This document shows, one piece after another, positions 7,977-17,968 of a DNA stretch of 64,000 nucleotides. The notes under the pieces were generated by a model. It searched no databases. It was not told the DNA's origin and worked only from the letters and a program-made list of their open reading frames with translations. Numbering within the stretch: position 1 is the stretch's first letter; each line of letters starts with the position of its first letter. Source of the stretch: a bacterium (GTDB lineage Bacteria > Patescibacteriota > Minisyncoccia > Phycocordibacterales > UBA9973); NCBI GenBank assembly GCA_037200905.1, contig JBBCGN010000002.1:22879-86878 (forward strand), given 5' to 3'. The translations under genes were made by a program, and so were the position numbers.

Positions 7977-7989
7977 GGGTCAGGTACCT
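7977..7989. repeat. Solo REP half-site
   Basis: GGGGTCAGGTACC shares the GGGGTCAG core. It sits at the island/core-genome boundary, just before the comFC stop. Confidence 0.45.
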
Positions 7990-8001
7990 TTTTGATTTTT
8001 G

Positions 8002-8652
8002 CTAATGCGCGACGGTGAAAGCTATGACTTTTTTCGCGCCGGAGGCTTTGAGGACTTTCTTGGCTTCGGACAATGTGGCGCCGGTAGTGGTGACGTCGTC
8101 GATCAGGATGATATTCCTGTTCTTGATACGTTCAGCGTGTTTCACCGCGAAAGCCCCGACGATGTTCTGCAGGCGTTCCGAGCGGTTTCCGATGCGGGCC
8201 TGATGCACGCCGTCCTTGGTTCGTATCAGAGCGTGTTTTTCCAATTTGAAATTTTTTCCATTATCGAGCGCCGCTAATTCTCTGCACATGAGCAGGCTCT
8301 GGTTGAAGCCGCGTTCGCGGTGGCGCTTGCGCGAGAGGGGAATGGGCACGAGCAGGGCGTCATGGAAATTCTCGAACTGTCCGAGGTCGGAGAGTTCCTC
8401 AAGCATCCTGCCATAGAGGGCCTGGGCGAAGACTGTGGCGAGCGGCCGCTTGCGGCTGTACTTGAGGAGCCAGACGGCCTTTTTTATTTTCTCTTCCCGA
8501 TAATCGTACAAGGGGAAAATCCAGTCCGCGCTCTCGCGCTCGGCGCCGCGGACGCCCGAGAGGCAGGCGAAGCAGAGGTCGGCGCCTTCCGCGCCGCAGG
8601 AGAGGCAGTGCGTGGGGAAAACTATGTCGAGCAGTGCGTTCCAGAGCTTCAT
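8002..8652 (-). CDS. comFC: ComF family protein (phosphoribosyltransferase-like competence protein ComFC)
   Basis: The N-terminal zinc finger reads HCLSCG...CFAC and the C-terminal PRTase motif reads IILIDDVTTTGATL. Confidence 0.9.
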   Translation of the reverse strand: MKLWNALLDIVFPTHCLSCGAEGADLCFACLSGVRGAERESADWIFPLYDYREEKIKKAVWLLKYSRKRPLATVFAQALYGRMLEELSDLGQFENFHDALLVPIPLSRKRHRERGFNQSLLMCRELAALDNGKNFKLEKHALIRTKDGVHQARIGNRSERLQNIVGAFAVKHAERIKNRNIILIDDVTTTGATLSEAKKVLKASGAKKVIAFTVAH

Positions 8653-8767
8653 ATCCGGTTAGAAATTTATATAATAGAATTTATCCGATTGTCCTAGCGT
8701 CTCGTTAATTTCTAACGGGACAGGTATATGGTATACTTGGGGCATATTCTAACACGATAATTCGCAT

Positions 8768-9880
8768 ATGGCATTTTCATTTTCCAGCATTTTTTCAAGC
8801 AACAAAGAGGTCAAGGCGGTCGGCATCGACATCGGTTCTTCGTCCATCAAGATCGTCGAGATAAAGAAGAAGGGCCCGAAAGCCGTGCTCACCACCTATG
8901 GCTCGATCGCCCTCGGCCCGTACGCCAAGACCGACGTCGGCCGGGTCACCAATCTGCCGATCGAGCAGATTGTCGCGGCCCTGAAGGAAGTCATGAAGCA
9001 GTCGGGCACCACCACGAGCCAGTCCGCGCTCTCCATACCGGTGCAGTCGAGCCTGATCTTCACCGTGGAGCTGCCCGTCGAGATCAAGGAAGCGGATATC
9101 GCGGCCGTCATCCCGACCGAGGCCCGCAAGCACATACCGGTGGCCATCAGCGAAGTGTCGCTCGATTATTTCCTCCTGCCGAAGAAGGAGAAGTCCTTCG
9201 AGGAGGCGAACGATCCCGACATGCCGGCCGGCCCGCGCGACAAGAAGACCGAGGTGCTCGTGGTGGCCATCCAGAACAATGCCATCGCCATGTACCGCTC
9301 GCTCGTGTCGCAGTGCGCGCTCGCGGTCTCGTTCTTCGAGATCGAGATCTTCTCCTCGCTCCGCGCGAACTTCGAGCACGAGCTCGCGCTGGTGCTGCTC
9401 ATGGACTTCGGCGCGTCGCGCACCAAGCTCACGCTCGTCGAGTTCGGCATGGTGAAGAGCTATCATACGGTGAACCGCGGAGGGGCGGACATCAGCGACG
9501 CCATATCGAAATCGCTCTCCGTCCCGTTCGCCCGCGCCGAAGAACTGAAGAAAGAATACGGCCTGACCGGCGCTCCGCCCGACGCGGAGATCGCGGAGAC
9601 CATCAAGACGCACGTGAACTATATCTTTTCCGAGACCAATAATGTATTATTAGGGCACGAGAAGAAGTACAATCAGACTATCAGCAAGGTCATACTCACC
9701 GGCGGCGGCGCTCTCATGAAAGGCTTGAAAGAGATGGCGGCGGCGAACTTCCGCGCGGACGTCGAAGTCGGCCATCCGTTCTCGAAAGTCGGCGCGCCGG
9801 GATTCCTGGAGAAAGTCTTCGAGGCGACCGGCCCGGAATTCGCCGTGGCTCTCGGCGTGGCTTTGAGAAAATTACAATAA
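8768..9880 (+). CDS. pilM: Type IV pilus assembly protein PilM (actin-like ATPase fold)
   Basis: The motif VGIDIGSSSIKIVEI is followed by the rest of an actin-like fold; 370 aa. Confidence 0.9.
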   Translation: MAFSFSSIFSSNKEVKAVGIDIGSSSIKIVEIKKKGPKAVLTTYGSIALGPYAKTDVGRVTNLPIEQIVAALKEVMKQSGTTTSQSALSIPVQSSLIFTVELPVEIKEADIAAVIPTEARKHIPVAISEVSLDYFLLPKKEKSFEEANDPDMPAGPRDKKTEVLVVAIQNNAIAMYRSLVSQCALAVSFFEIEIFSSLRANFEHELALVLLMDFGASRTKLTLVEFGMVKSYHTVNRGGADISDAISKSLSVPFARAEELKKEYGLTGAPPDAEIAETIKTHVNYIFSETNNVLLGHEKKYNQTISKVILTGGGALMKGLKEMAAANFRADVEVGHPFSKVGAPGFLEKVFEATGPEFAVALGVALRKLQ

Positions 9881-9913
9881 GTGCGATAATGCGAGGAGGA
9901 AGAGAGAGCAAAA

Positions 9914-10528
9914 ATGGATAAAGATTTCCAAACATCGTTCATACCGAAGAAACCGATGACAGAAAAACGCTCAGGGGGGGACACGCCCGTGCATTTCCTG
10001 ACGGTCATCTCGCTCTTCGTATTCTTCACCGTGCTCATCGCCACCGGCGCGCTCTTCTTCTACAAGGCGGCGGTGGCCAAGAGCATCGCCAGCATGCAGA
10101 ACGACCTCGAGCTCACCAAGAACCGCTTCCAGCCGGAGAAGATCGCCGAACTGCAGACCCTCGACAAGCGCCTCAAGGCGGCGGGCGAGATTCTCGGCCA
10201 GCACATCAGCGTCACGCCGATCTTCGAGGCCCTCGAAGCCCTGACCATGAAGAGCGTGCGCTACACCAAATTCACCTATGCCCTCGCGAGCCAGGACAAC
10301 CCGAACATCTCCGTGAAGATGAGCGGCACCGCCGTGGGCTACCGCTCCATCGCGCTCCAGTCCGACCTCTTCGCCAAGAACAAGAGCATCATCGACCCGG
10401 TCTTTTCCAAGCTCACCCTCGACGATTCCGGCAACGTTTCCTTCGATCTCGACTTCTCGGTCGATCCGGCATTCGTCAATTACAAGGCAGATAGCGCGGC
10501 CGCGGCTCCGGATGCCGCCACGAATTAG
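9914..10528 (+). CDS. PilN-like bitopic pilus assembly protein
   Basis: It has a single N-terminal TM followed by a coiled-coil, and it sits directly after pilM. Confidence 0.6.
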   Translation: MDKDFQTSFIPKKPMTEKRSGGDTPVHFLTVISLFVFFTVLIATGALFFYKAAVAKSIASMQNDLELTKNRFQPEKIAELQTLDKRLKAAGEILGQHISVTPIFEALEALTMKSVRYTKFTYALASQDNPNISVKMSGTAVGYRSIALQSDLFAKNKSIIDPVFSKLTLDDSGNVSFDLDFSVDPAFVNYKADSAAAAPDAATN

Positions 10529-10531
10529 CAT

Positions 10532-11110
10532 ATGGCCAGATTCCTCACAGCCCTGGTTCTCGTCGCTCTCGCCATCGCGGGATTCTTCATGCTGACCAAG
10601 CCGCTCTATGGCGACGTCATGGCTCTCCGCGCCGAGGCCGCGTCGTACGACGCGGCCCTCTCGAACGCGAAATCCCTCGAGGCCGAGCGCGACAAGCTCA
10701 CCGAGAAGTACAACGCCATGTCTCCGGAGAATCTCACCAAGCTCGGGAAGCTCGTGCCCGACAACGTGGACAACATCCGCCTCATCCTCGAGATCGGCAA
10801 GATCGCCCTGCCATACGGCATGATACTCAAGGAGGTGAAGTACGACACCCCGAGCGAGGACCCGAACGCCACCGTCGATGCCGGCATGCCGGAAGGCGAC
10901 GCCTCGGCGCTCAAGGATTACGGCAGCTGGAGCCTCGAGTTCACCACGACGGGGAACTATGACAACTTCATGGCCTTCCTGAAAGATCTGCAGAGCAATC
11001 TCCGCATCGTCGACATCTCTTCCATTGATTTCTCGTCGGACAACGGCACGGGAGCCGCAGGGTCGTACGCGTATCATTTCAAGATCAGGACGTATTGGCT
11101 GAAGAATTAA
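10532..11110 (+). CDS. PilO-like bitopic pilus assembly protein
   Basis: An N-terminal TM is followed by a coiled-coil (LRAEAASYDAALSNAKSLEAERDKL). Gene order also supports the call. Confidence 0.6.
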   Translation: MARFLTALVLVALAIAGFFMLTKPLYGDVMALRAEAASYDAALSNAKSLEAERDKLTEKYNAMSPENLTKLGKLVPDNVDNIRLILEIGKIALPYGMILKEVKYDTPSEDPNATVDAGMPEGDASALKDYGSWSLEFTTTGNYDNFMAFLKDLQSNLRIVDISSIDFSSDNGTGAAGSYAYHFKIRTYWLKN

Positions 11111-11111
11111 C

Positions 11112-11600
11112 ATGATGGCAAAAACGAAAAACATAATAATCGTCGCAGTGATCATCGTGGTGTTGGCGGCCGGGTATGCCGTGTTCTTCAGGCAGGCTCC
11201 GGGCGACGAGGCGAACCTGGTCTCGAGCGCCGACGGCACCATGATGCCCGCCGACAGCGGGCCGGCCGATGTCGCCGGCGGCGTGGCGAGCGACTTCCTG
11301 AATCTCCTGCTCTCCGTCAAGAGCATCACCCTCAACGACGCCATCTTTTCCGATCCGGCTTTCGCTACTCTCCGCGACTCGAGCATCTCGCTCGTGCCTG
11401 ACGGCACCGAAGGCCGGCCGAATCCGTTCGCTCCGATCGGCACTGACCCGGTCGCGCCTGCTCCCGTGACGCCGGCCCAGGCTCCGGCGGCTCCGGGTTC
11501 CGCCGCGACCGATACCAAAGCTGCTGCGCCGGCAAAAGCCACGACGGCTCCGGCGACCACTGCGCCTGCGGCGACCGGCGCTCCGAAGCCGGCCAATTAA
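11112..11600 (+). CDS. Membrane-anchored protein with a Pro/Ala-rich tail (PilP-like position)
   Basis: It has an N-terminal TM, an RPNPFAPI motif and a PAPA-rich C-terminus. Confidence 0.45.
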   Translation: MMAKTKNIIIVAVIIVVLAAGYAVFFRQAPGDEANLVSSADGTMMPADSGPADVAGGVASDFLNLLLSVKSITLNDAIFSDPAFATLRDSSISLVPDGTEGRPNPFAPIGTDPVAPAPVTPAQAPAAPGSAATDTKAAAPAKATTAPATTAPAATGAPKPAN

Positions 11601-11603
11601 CCT

Positions 11604-13368
11604 ATGAGTTTTTTAGAAGAATTAGCAAAAAAAGGCTTATTGAAAGAAAGCCAGATAAGCCAAGTCAAGAGCCTTGCCAACGACAAGCACGGCGGCGATG
11701 TCGATGACGCGCTCATAGAGCTCGGCGTCAAGGAAGACGACATCCTCAAGACGAAAGGGGAGTATTTCCTCATGCCGACGAAGAAGCTCGACGGCAAGGG
11801 CGTGTCCACCGACGTGCTCAAATACGTGCCGGAAGATTCCGCTACGTATTACCACTTCGTCCCGTTCGCCATGACCGACGGCGTGCTCGAAGTGGGCATC
11901 ACCAATCCGGAAAATATCCAGGCCATGGACGCCCTGCAGTTCATTTCTGCCAAGATCGGCATTCCGTTCAAGATCTTCCTCATCTCCAAGAGCGATTACG
12001 AAGCCGTCATGAGCACCTACCGGGGCCTCTCCGGCCAGGTCGGCGAAGCCCTCGATGCTCTCGGCCAGGAAGAGATGATGGACGTCATGGATCAGAAGAG
12101 CCTGAGCGAATCCATGGACCTCTCCAAGGAGATCAAGGACGTGAAGGCCGGCGCGACCGACGCGAAGATCGTCGAAGACGCGCCGATCATCAAGATCGTG
12201 GCGGTGATACTGAAGAACGCCATCGAGGGCAACGCTTCCGACATCCACATCGAGCATACCGGCGACAAGGTGAAAGTGCGCTACCGCGTGGACGGCACGC
12301 TCTACACCACGCTCACCCTGCCGATAAGCGTGCACTCGGGCATCGTGGCCCGCATCAAGATCCTCACCAAGCTCCGCCTCGACGAGAAGCGCAAGCCGCA
12401 GGACGGATCGTTCTCCGCCACCATCGAAGGGGGCCAAGATCGACTTCCGCGTCTCCACCATGCCGGGCTATTACGGCGAGAAAGTGGCCATCCGCATCCT
12501 CGATTCCGAGAAGGGCGTGAAGCCGCTCGGCGAGCTCGGCCTCTCGAAGACCAACCTGGAACTCATCCGCGAGGCCATCAAGAAGCCCTACGGCCTGATA
12601 CTGATCACCGGCCCGACCGGGAGCGGCAAATCCACCACCCTTTACTCCATGATGAACGAGCTCGACAAGGAAAAGGAGAACATCGTCACCCTCGAAGACC
12701 CGGTGGAATACCACATGCCCGACGTGAACCAGTCGCAGATGGTGCCGGAGATCGGCTACACCTTCGCCTCGGGACTGCGCTCCATCCTCCGCCAGGACCC
12801 TGACGTCATCATGGTCGGAGAGATCCGCGACAAGGAGACGGCCCAGCTCGCCATCCAGGCGGCGCTCACCGGCCACCTGGTGCTCTCGACGCTCCACACG
12901 AACAATGCCATCGGCGCCATTCCGCGCCTCGTCGACATGGGCGTCGATCCGTATCTCATCGCCCCGACGCTGATCCTCTCCGTGGCCCAGCGCCTGGCCA
13001 AGCTCACGTTCCCGGCCGCCCGCAAGAAAGTGCCGATGGACCCCTCCATCAGGCTGCAGATCGAGAACCAGATCGCCGACCTGCCGGCGGAATTCAAGAA
13101 GGACATCAGCATCGGCGACGAGATGTACGAGACCGTGTCCGTGCCGGAGTGCCCTTCGGGCACCCGCGGCCGCATCGCCGTGTACGAGATGCTCAAAGTG
13201 GATGCCGAGATCCAGAGCGTGATATTGAAGAATCCCGTCTACGCGGACATCTACAAGGCCGCCCGGCAGAAGGGCATGCTCTCGATGAGGGAAGACGCCA
13301 TGCTGAAAGCCATCGACGGCGTCATACCGTTCCGCGAAGTGTACAATTTCGTGGACGAGAAGGAATAA
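11604..13368 (+). pseudogene. pilB: Type IV pilus assembly ATPase PilB (GspE family), split by one +1 frameshift (possible sequencing indel)
   Basis: The N-terminal part (11604.. frame) reads up to ...QDGSFSATIEGG. The C-terminal part (12460.. frame) continues KIDFRVSTMPGYYGEK and carries Walker A GPTGSGKST. Dropping 1 nt in the GGGGGCC run at 12429-12435 restores a single ORF. Confidence 0.9.
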
Positions 13369-13454
13369 TCAGAGTTGTCCACACGCCGGGTGCCAGGGCG
13401 GCGATTTTGTCATATAATGAAGGTAATTAGACATAACGGGCGCGATATAACTAT

Positions 13455-13847
13455 ATGGAAGAAAAAAGAAAAATATTAATAGTCGACGACGATACCTTTC
13501 TCCTCGACATGTACGCGTTCAAGTTCAGCCAGAACAATTTCGAGGTCTACACCGCCCAGAACGGCGTGCAGGCCATCGAGAAGCTCAAGGGCGGCCTCGT
13601 GCCGGCCATCATCCTCATGGACATCATCATGCCGGAGATGGACGGCTTCGAGATGCTCGAGAAGATCAACGCCGAGAAGATGTCGCCGGACTCGGTGAAG
13701 ATCGTGCTCTCGAACAAGAACGAGCAGGCCGACATCGACCGCGGCAGCGCGCTCGGAGTGGCCGGCTATATCGTGAAGGCCAACTCCACGCCGGCGGAAG
13801 TCATCGACCAGGTCATGGAGATACTGACGAAGAAAGCGGCGAAATAA
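13455..13847 (+). CDS. Single-domain CheY-like response regulator (receiver only)
   Basis: It has KILIVDDD and ILMDIIMPEMDG (the phospho-acceptor Asp context); 130 aa. Confidence 0.85.
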   Translation: MEEKRKILIVDDDTFLLDMYAFKFSQNNFEVYTAQNGVQAIEKLKGGLVPAIILMDIIMPEMDGFEMLEKINAEKMSPDSVKIVLSNKNEQADIDRGSALGVAGYIVKANSTPAEVIDQVMEILTKKAAK

Positions 13848-13859
13848 GAAGAATTCATA

Positions 13860-14930
13860 ATGCCAGATCCAAATTCAAAAAGATTGCTTGAAAGCCTGAT
13901 CGAGAACGTCATACGCGAAGGGGGTTCGGACCTCCATCTCGGGGTGGGGCGCGTGCCGGCCATGCGCGTCTCGGGCGAGCTGATATTCCTCGCGAATAAT
14001 CCCGTGATCAGCAAGGAGGACGCCATGGGCATCCTGGGCGAGATCCTCGACAAGCCCAAGATGGAGCGCTTCCTCGAAGAGCAGGAGATGGATTTCTCGT
14101 ACGACTACAACGGGGGCGAAGCACGCCTGCGCGGCAACGTCTTCTATCAGAAAGGCTCCATCAGCATGGCGTTCCGCCTCGTGCCCTCCATCAAGAGCTT
14201 GGCCGAGCTCCATCTGCCGGACATCATCGCCGAGCTCGCCCGCAAGAAGCAGGGCTTCTTCCTCGTAGTCGGCCCCGTCGGCCAGGGAAAGTCCACCACG
14301 CTCTCCTCGATGATAAACCTCATCAACAACGAGCAGACCAAGCATATCGTCACCATCGAGGACCCGATCGAGTACGTCTTCGCCCCGAACAAGTGCATCA
14401 TCGACCAGCGCGAAGTCGGCATCGACACCAAGAGCTTCCAGGTGGCCCTCAAGTCCGTATTCCGCGAGGACGTGAACGTCATCATGATCGGCGAGATGCG
14501 CGGGCCGGAAACCATTTCCACGGCGGTCACCGCTGCGGAAACCGGCCACCTCGTGCTCTCCACGCTCCATACCAACAACGCGTCCCAGACCATCGACCGC
14601 ATCATCGACTCGTTCCCGGGCGACCAGCAGGACCAGATCCGCTCCCAGCTCGCCTCGTCGCTCCTCGGCATCTTTTCCCAGCGCCTCGTGCCGCGCATCA
14701 ACGGCGGACTGATTCCCGCATTCGAGCTGCTTCTCAACAACAACGCCGTGGCGAACCTCATCCGCGAGAAGCGCACGCACGAGATCGACGTGGTGATAGA
14801 GACGGGTTCGGAGTCGGGCATGGTGGACATGAACCATTCGCTCATGGAGCTCGTGCGCTCCGGGGAGATCACCATGGAGAACGCGTACCAGTACTCGCTC
14901 AACCCGAAGGGCCTTGAGCGCATGCTGTAA
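13860..14930 (+). CDS. pilT: Twitching-motility/retraction ATPase PilT
   Basis: It has GSDLHL, Walker A GPVGQGKST, and LVLSTLHTNNASQTIDRIID. Confidence 0.9.
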   Translation: MPDPNSKRLLESLIENVIREGGSDLHLGVGRVPAMRVSGELIFLANNPVISKEDAMGILGEILDKPKMERFLEEQEMDFSYDYNGGEARLRGNVFYQKGSISMAFRLVPSIKSLAELHLPDIIAELARKKQGFFLVVGPVGQGKSTTLSSMINLINNEQTKHIVTIEDPIEYVFAPNKCIIDQREVGIDTKSFQVALKSVFREDVNVIMIGEMRGPETISTAVTAAETGHLVLSTLHTNNASQTIDRIIDSFPGDQQDQIRSQLASSLLGIFSQRLVPRINGGLIPAFELLLNNNAVANLIREKRTHEIDVVIETGSESGMVDMNHSLMELVRSGEITMENAYQYSLNPKGLERML

Positions 14931-14942
14931 TAAATTCATATT

Positions 14943-16148
14943 ATGTTATTCATATACAAAGCAGTAGACACGGAGGGCAAGAGCAGGGAGGGCGAAGTGG
15001 ACGCGGGCACCCGCGACATGGCCATCAGCGCCCTGCAGCGCCGCGGCCTGATCATCATCTCCATCAAGGACGTGGAGGACAAGAAGGCCTTCATGCATTT
15101 CTCGTTCCTCGACAAGGTCTCGGCGCGCGACGTGGTGATATTCTCGCGGCAGATCGCCACGCTCTTCGAGGCCCAGGTCTCGGCCCTCAAGGCCTTTACC
15201 ATGCTCTCCGCCAACTCCGAGAACAAGCTGCTCGGCAGGAAGCTCGCCGTCATCGCGGACGACCTGCAGGCCGGCGTCTCCATCTCCGACGCCCTGGCCA
15301 AGCATCCGGACGTCTTCACCGAGTTCTACGTGAACATGGTCAAGGCCGGCGAGGAGATCGGCAAGCTCAACCAGACGTTCACGCATCTGGCCGAATACCT
15401 CGACCGCCAGTACGCCCTGACCGCCAAGACCAGGAACGCCCTCATCTATCCGGCCTTCGTCGTCATCACTTTCATCGTGGTCATGAGCCTGATGTTCGTG
15501 GTGGTCATCCCCAAGCTCTCCGAGATCATCCTCGACTCCGGCCAGACCGTGCCTTTTTATACCCAGATCATCATCAGCATCTCGAATTTCTTCGTGCATT
15601 ACGGCTTCCTGCTGCTCATCTTCGTGGTGCTCCTCGGCGCGTACCTGTGGTGGCTCTCCACTTCGGAGCGCGGCAAGCACTATCTGGACAAGGCGAAGCT
15701 CGACGTGCCTCTGCTCGGCGCCCTCTACCGCAAGCTGTATCTCTCCCGCATGGCCGACAACCTCGACACCATGCTCACCTCCGGCATCCCCATCGTCCGG
15801 GCCATCGACGTGACTTCCAAAGTGGTCGGCAACCGCGTCTACAAGCAGATCCTCGACGAAGTGGCGGACGGCGTGAAGTCGGGCCTGGCCCTGTCGGCGG
15901 CCTTCGAGAAGCATCCTGAAGTGCCGAACATCATGGTGCAGATGGTGAAAGTGGGCGAGGAGACGGGCGCCGTGGGCTCTATTTTGAAAACGCTGGCCAC
16001 CTTCTACAAGCGCGAAGTGGACGATGCCCTCGACACCCTCGTGTCGCTCATCGAGCCGGTGATGATCGTGGTGCTCGGCATCGGCGTGGGCATATTGCTC
16101 GTCTCCGTGCTCATGCCTATCTACAACATCGCCGGCAGCATCAGCTAA
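14943..16148 (+). CDS. pilC: Type IV pilus platform protein PilC (GspF family)
   Basis: The 401-aa product is a polytopic protein with two GspF-type repeats. Confidence 0.9.
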   Translation: MLFIYKAVDTEGKSREGEVDAGTRDMAISALQRRGLIIISIKDVEDKKAFMHFSFLDKVSARDVVIFSRQIATLFEAQVSALKAFTMLSANSENKLLGRKLAVIADDLQAGVSISDALAKHPDVFTEFYVNMVKAGEEIGKLNQTFTHLAEYLDRQYALTAKTRNALIYPAFVVITFIVVMSLMFVVVIPKLSEIILDSGQTVPFYTQIIISISNFFVHYGFLLLIFVVLLGAYLWWLSTSERGKHYLDKAKLDVPLLGALYRKLYLSRMADNLDTMLTSGIPIVRAIDVTSKVVGNRVYKQILDEVADGVKSGLALSAAFEKHPEVPNIMVQMVKVGEETGAVGSILKTLATFYKREVDDALDTLVSLIEPVMIVVLGIGVGILLVSVLMPIYNIAGSIS

Positions 16149-16184
16149 TCATCTGACTGTGGATAACCATATTGCGCCTCGATA

Positions 16185-16193
16185 TGGTACAAT
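16185..16193 (+). promoter_or_regulatory. Extended -10 promoter candidate for pilin 1
   Basis: TGGTACAAT fits TGn plus TACAAT and lies ~60 nt upstream of the ATG at 16252. Confidence 0.4.
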
Positions 16194-16251
16194 TGGGGTA
16201 TTAAAATAAGTTGAATAAGTCGAAAGATTATTATCAGGTAATATTTTAAGT

Positions 16252-16722
16252 ATGAAAAAAATTAACTTTAAAAAAGGCTTCACCCTGATCGAACTCTTGG
16301 TCGTCGTGGCCATCATCGGTATTCTGGCATCGGTCGTATTGGCATCTCTCAATTCTGCACGAACTAAGGGTTCAGACGCCGCTATCAAAGCCGCTATGAG
16401 TAACGCTCGCGCTCAGGCTGAGCTTTACTACGATTCTGGTGCTACATACCTTGGTGTGTGTACAAATGCTACAACTGGGGTGTTGAATATGATTACCAAC
16501 GCTGCTCAGAAACTTGCTTCTGGTCTTACGCCAACAGCAAATACATTTGCATACAGCGCTTCAGGTGCCACTAACTCTTCGGTTTGTCACGATACTGCCG
16601 GGGGTTGGGCTGCTATCACTTCGCTTAAGGGCTCTACTACGAGCTCTGGCTGGTGCGTCGACTCTACGGGCGCTTCCAAGGAAGCGATCGCTCTTGTGTC
16701 AGGCGACGTTACTTGCGACTAA
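16252..16722 (+). CDS. Type IV major pilin paralog 1 (prepilin-type N-terminal methylation domain)
   Basis: The N-terminus reads [24 protein letters not shown] and the C-terminus has a Cys pair (SVCHD...GWCVDSTG...VTCD). Confidence 0.9.
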   Translation: MKKINFKKGFTLIELLVVVAIIGILASVVLASLNSARTKGSDAAIKAAMSNARAQAELYYDSGATYLGVCTNATTGVLNMITNAAQKLASGLTPTANTFAYSASGATNSSVCHDTAGGWAAITSLKGSTTSSGWCVDSTGASKEAIALVSGDVTCD

Positions 16723-16738
16723 TGAAAATTTAGCCTTA

Positions 16739-16780
16739 AACCACCCCGGAGTTTTGCACTTCGGGGTGGTTTTGCTTTTC
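16739..16780 (+). terminator. Rho-independent terminator after pilin 1
   Basis: The stem AACCACCCCG/CGGGGTGGTT is followed by TTGCTTTT. Confidence 0.75.
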
Positions 16781-16788
16781 AATTTGGA

Positions 16789-16797
16789 TGGTATAAT
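16789..16797 (+). promoter_or_regulatory. Extended -10 promoter candidate for pilin 2
   Basis: The sequence is TGGTATAAT. Confidence 0.45.
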
Positions 16798-16860
16798 GGG
16801 AAAAGAGGTGTTTATTATTATCAAATTAATTTATCCCGTACAGGGAAAGTCTTTCATTAT

Positions 16861-17349
16861 ATGAAGAATAAAAAGCTATTACAAAGAGGTTTTACGCTCA
16901 TCGAATTGCTCGTGGTCGTGGCTATCATCGGCATTCTCGCTTCGGTCGTCCTTGCTTCGCTTAACTCCGCTCGCTCGAAGGGTACGGATGCCGCTATCAA
17001 GGCCGCTATGGCCAACGCTCGCGCTCAAGCCGAGCTCTTCTACGACGGCGGACAGACATATGCATCCGTATGCCAGTCGGGAACCACAGGCGGCGTATAT
17101 CCTATGATCCTGAACGCTGCCCAGAAGCTGCTTGCTACGGCTGCTCCCGTCACCGACGGTACTGCGGCTACCTATAGCGCAGCGGGTGCGAATGGATCAT
17201 CAGTCTGTCACGACTCCGCAGGCGCATGGGCTGCCTGGACGTCCTTGAAAGTTCCTGGGACCGCCGGCAACGGCTGGTGCGTGGACTCCGCAGGCGCTTC
17301 GAAGGAAACAACCCCTCTCGGCGCAAGTGCTACGGCATGTCCGGCATAG
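16861..17349 (+). CDS. Type IV major pilin paralog 2
   Basis: The N-terminus reads [52 protein letters not shown]. It shares its architecture with paralog 1. Confidence 0.9.
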   Translation: MKNKKLLQRGFTLIELLVVVAIIGILASVVLASLNSARSKGTDAAIKAAMANARAQAELFYDGGQTYASVCQSGTTGGVYPMILNAAQKLLATAAPVTDGTAATYSAAGANGSSVCHDSAGAWAAWTSLKVPGTAGNGWCVDSAGASKETTPLGASATACPA

Positions 17350-17377
17350 TGAGATCGGCTTTTGCTTGATTGTCCTC

Positions 17378-17415
17378 AAAACACTCCGACCAGCATCGGA
17401 GTGTTTTTGCTTTTT
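17378..17415 (+). terminator. Rho-independent terminator after pilin 2
   Basis: The stem AAACACTCCGA/TCGGAGTGTTT is followed by TTGCTTTTT, the same tail as the pilin-1 terminator. Confidence 0.75.
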
Positions 17416-17420
17416 AGCTG

Positions 17421-17429
17421 TGATATAAT
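17421..17429 (+). promoter_or_regulatory. Extended -10 promoter candidate for pilin 3
   Basis: The sequence is TGATATAAT. Confidence 0.45.
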
Positions 17430-17476
17430 ATACGGGAAAGATTTATTATAAGAACTAACTCGACTCCGGGAATGTC

Positions 17477-17968
17477 ATGAAAAATCAAAAAGCGCTTCAC
17501 AAGGGTTTCACTTTAATCGAGCTTCTCGTCGTGGTGGCCATCATCGGCATCCTGGCGGCCGTGGTGCTCGCGGCGCTCGGTTCTGCCCGCAACCGCGGCG
17601 GCGATGCGGCCGTGCAGAGCAACTTGAACACCGTCCGCAACCAGGCGGAGATCTTCAACTCGAACAACGGCTATTCCTATCTGCCGAAATCCGGTTCCAT
17701 ATTTTCCGTCGGTCCGTGCCCGGCATACAACGCGAACGGCACGAACATGATCTCCCGCGACAAGCAGATCAACGCGGCCATCGTCGAGGCGGTGAAGCGC
17801 GGCGGCAACGGCAGCTCGTGCTACAACTCGGCCACGGCCTGGGCCGTGGCGGTGGGCCTGAAGACCAAGGCCAGCAATTCCTGGTGCGTCGATGCGGCCG
17901 GCAAGTCGAAGCTCGAGAATTTCGCCCCGAACGCCGCCATCAATGCGGCGACCGGCGCGTGCAAGTAA
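17477..17968 (+). CDS. Type IV pilin paralog 3 (more divergent)
   Basis: The N-terminus reads [34 protein letters not shown]. The C-terminus has WCVDAAGKSK and ends in GACK. Confidence 0.9.
   Translation: MKNQKALHKGFTLIELLVVVAIIGILAAVVLAALGSARNRGGDAAVQSNLNTVRNQAEIFNSNNGYSYLPKSGSIFSVGPCPAYNANGTNMISRDKQINAAIVEAVKRGGNGSSCYNSATAWAVAVGLKTKASNSWCVDAAGKSKLENFAPNAAINAATGACK

Noticed and set aside
8658-8716. A 10-bp inverted repeat, GTTAGAAATT...AATTTCTAAC, separated by 39 nt, lies in the divergent comFC/pilM control region.
   Set aside because: It is AT-rich and short, has a long spacer, and has no second copy in the window. It could be a regulator site, but the evidence is too weak to call.
9971-11596. 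A very long antisense ORF (541 aa) lies opposite the pilN/O-like genes. Similar ones occur at 8795-9613, 11637-12461, 13875-14939, 14946-15914, 18308-19495, 49893-51206 and 51213-52646, all on the minus strand.
   Set aside because: They lie exactly antisense to genes with strong family signatures. Their products have low-complexity Arg/Gly/Asp/Glu-rich composition typical of stop-codon-poor frames in GC-rich DNA, and they have no independent signals. I treat them as artefacts.
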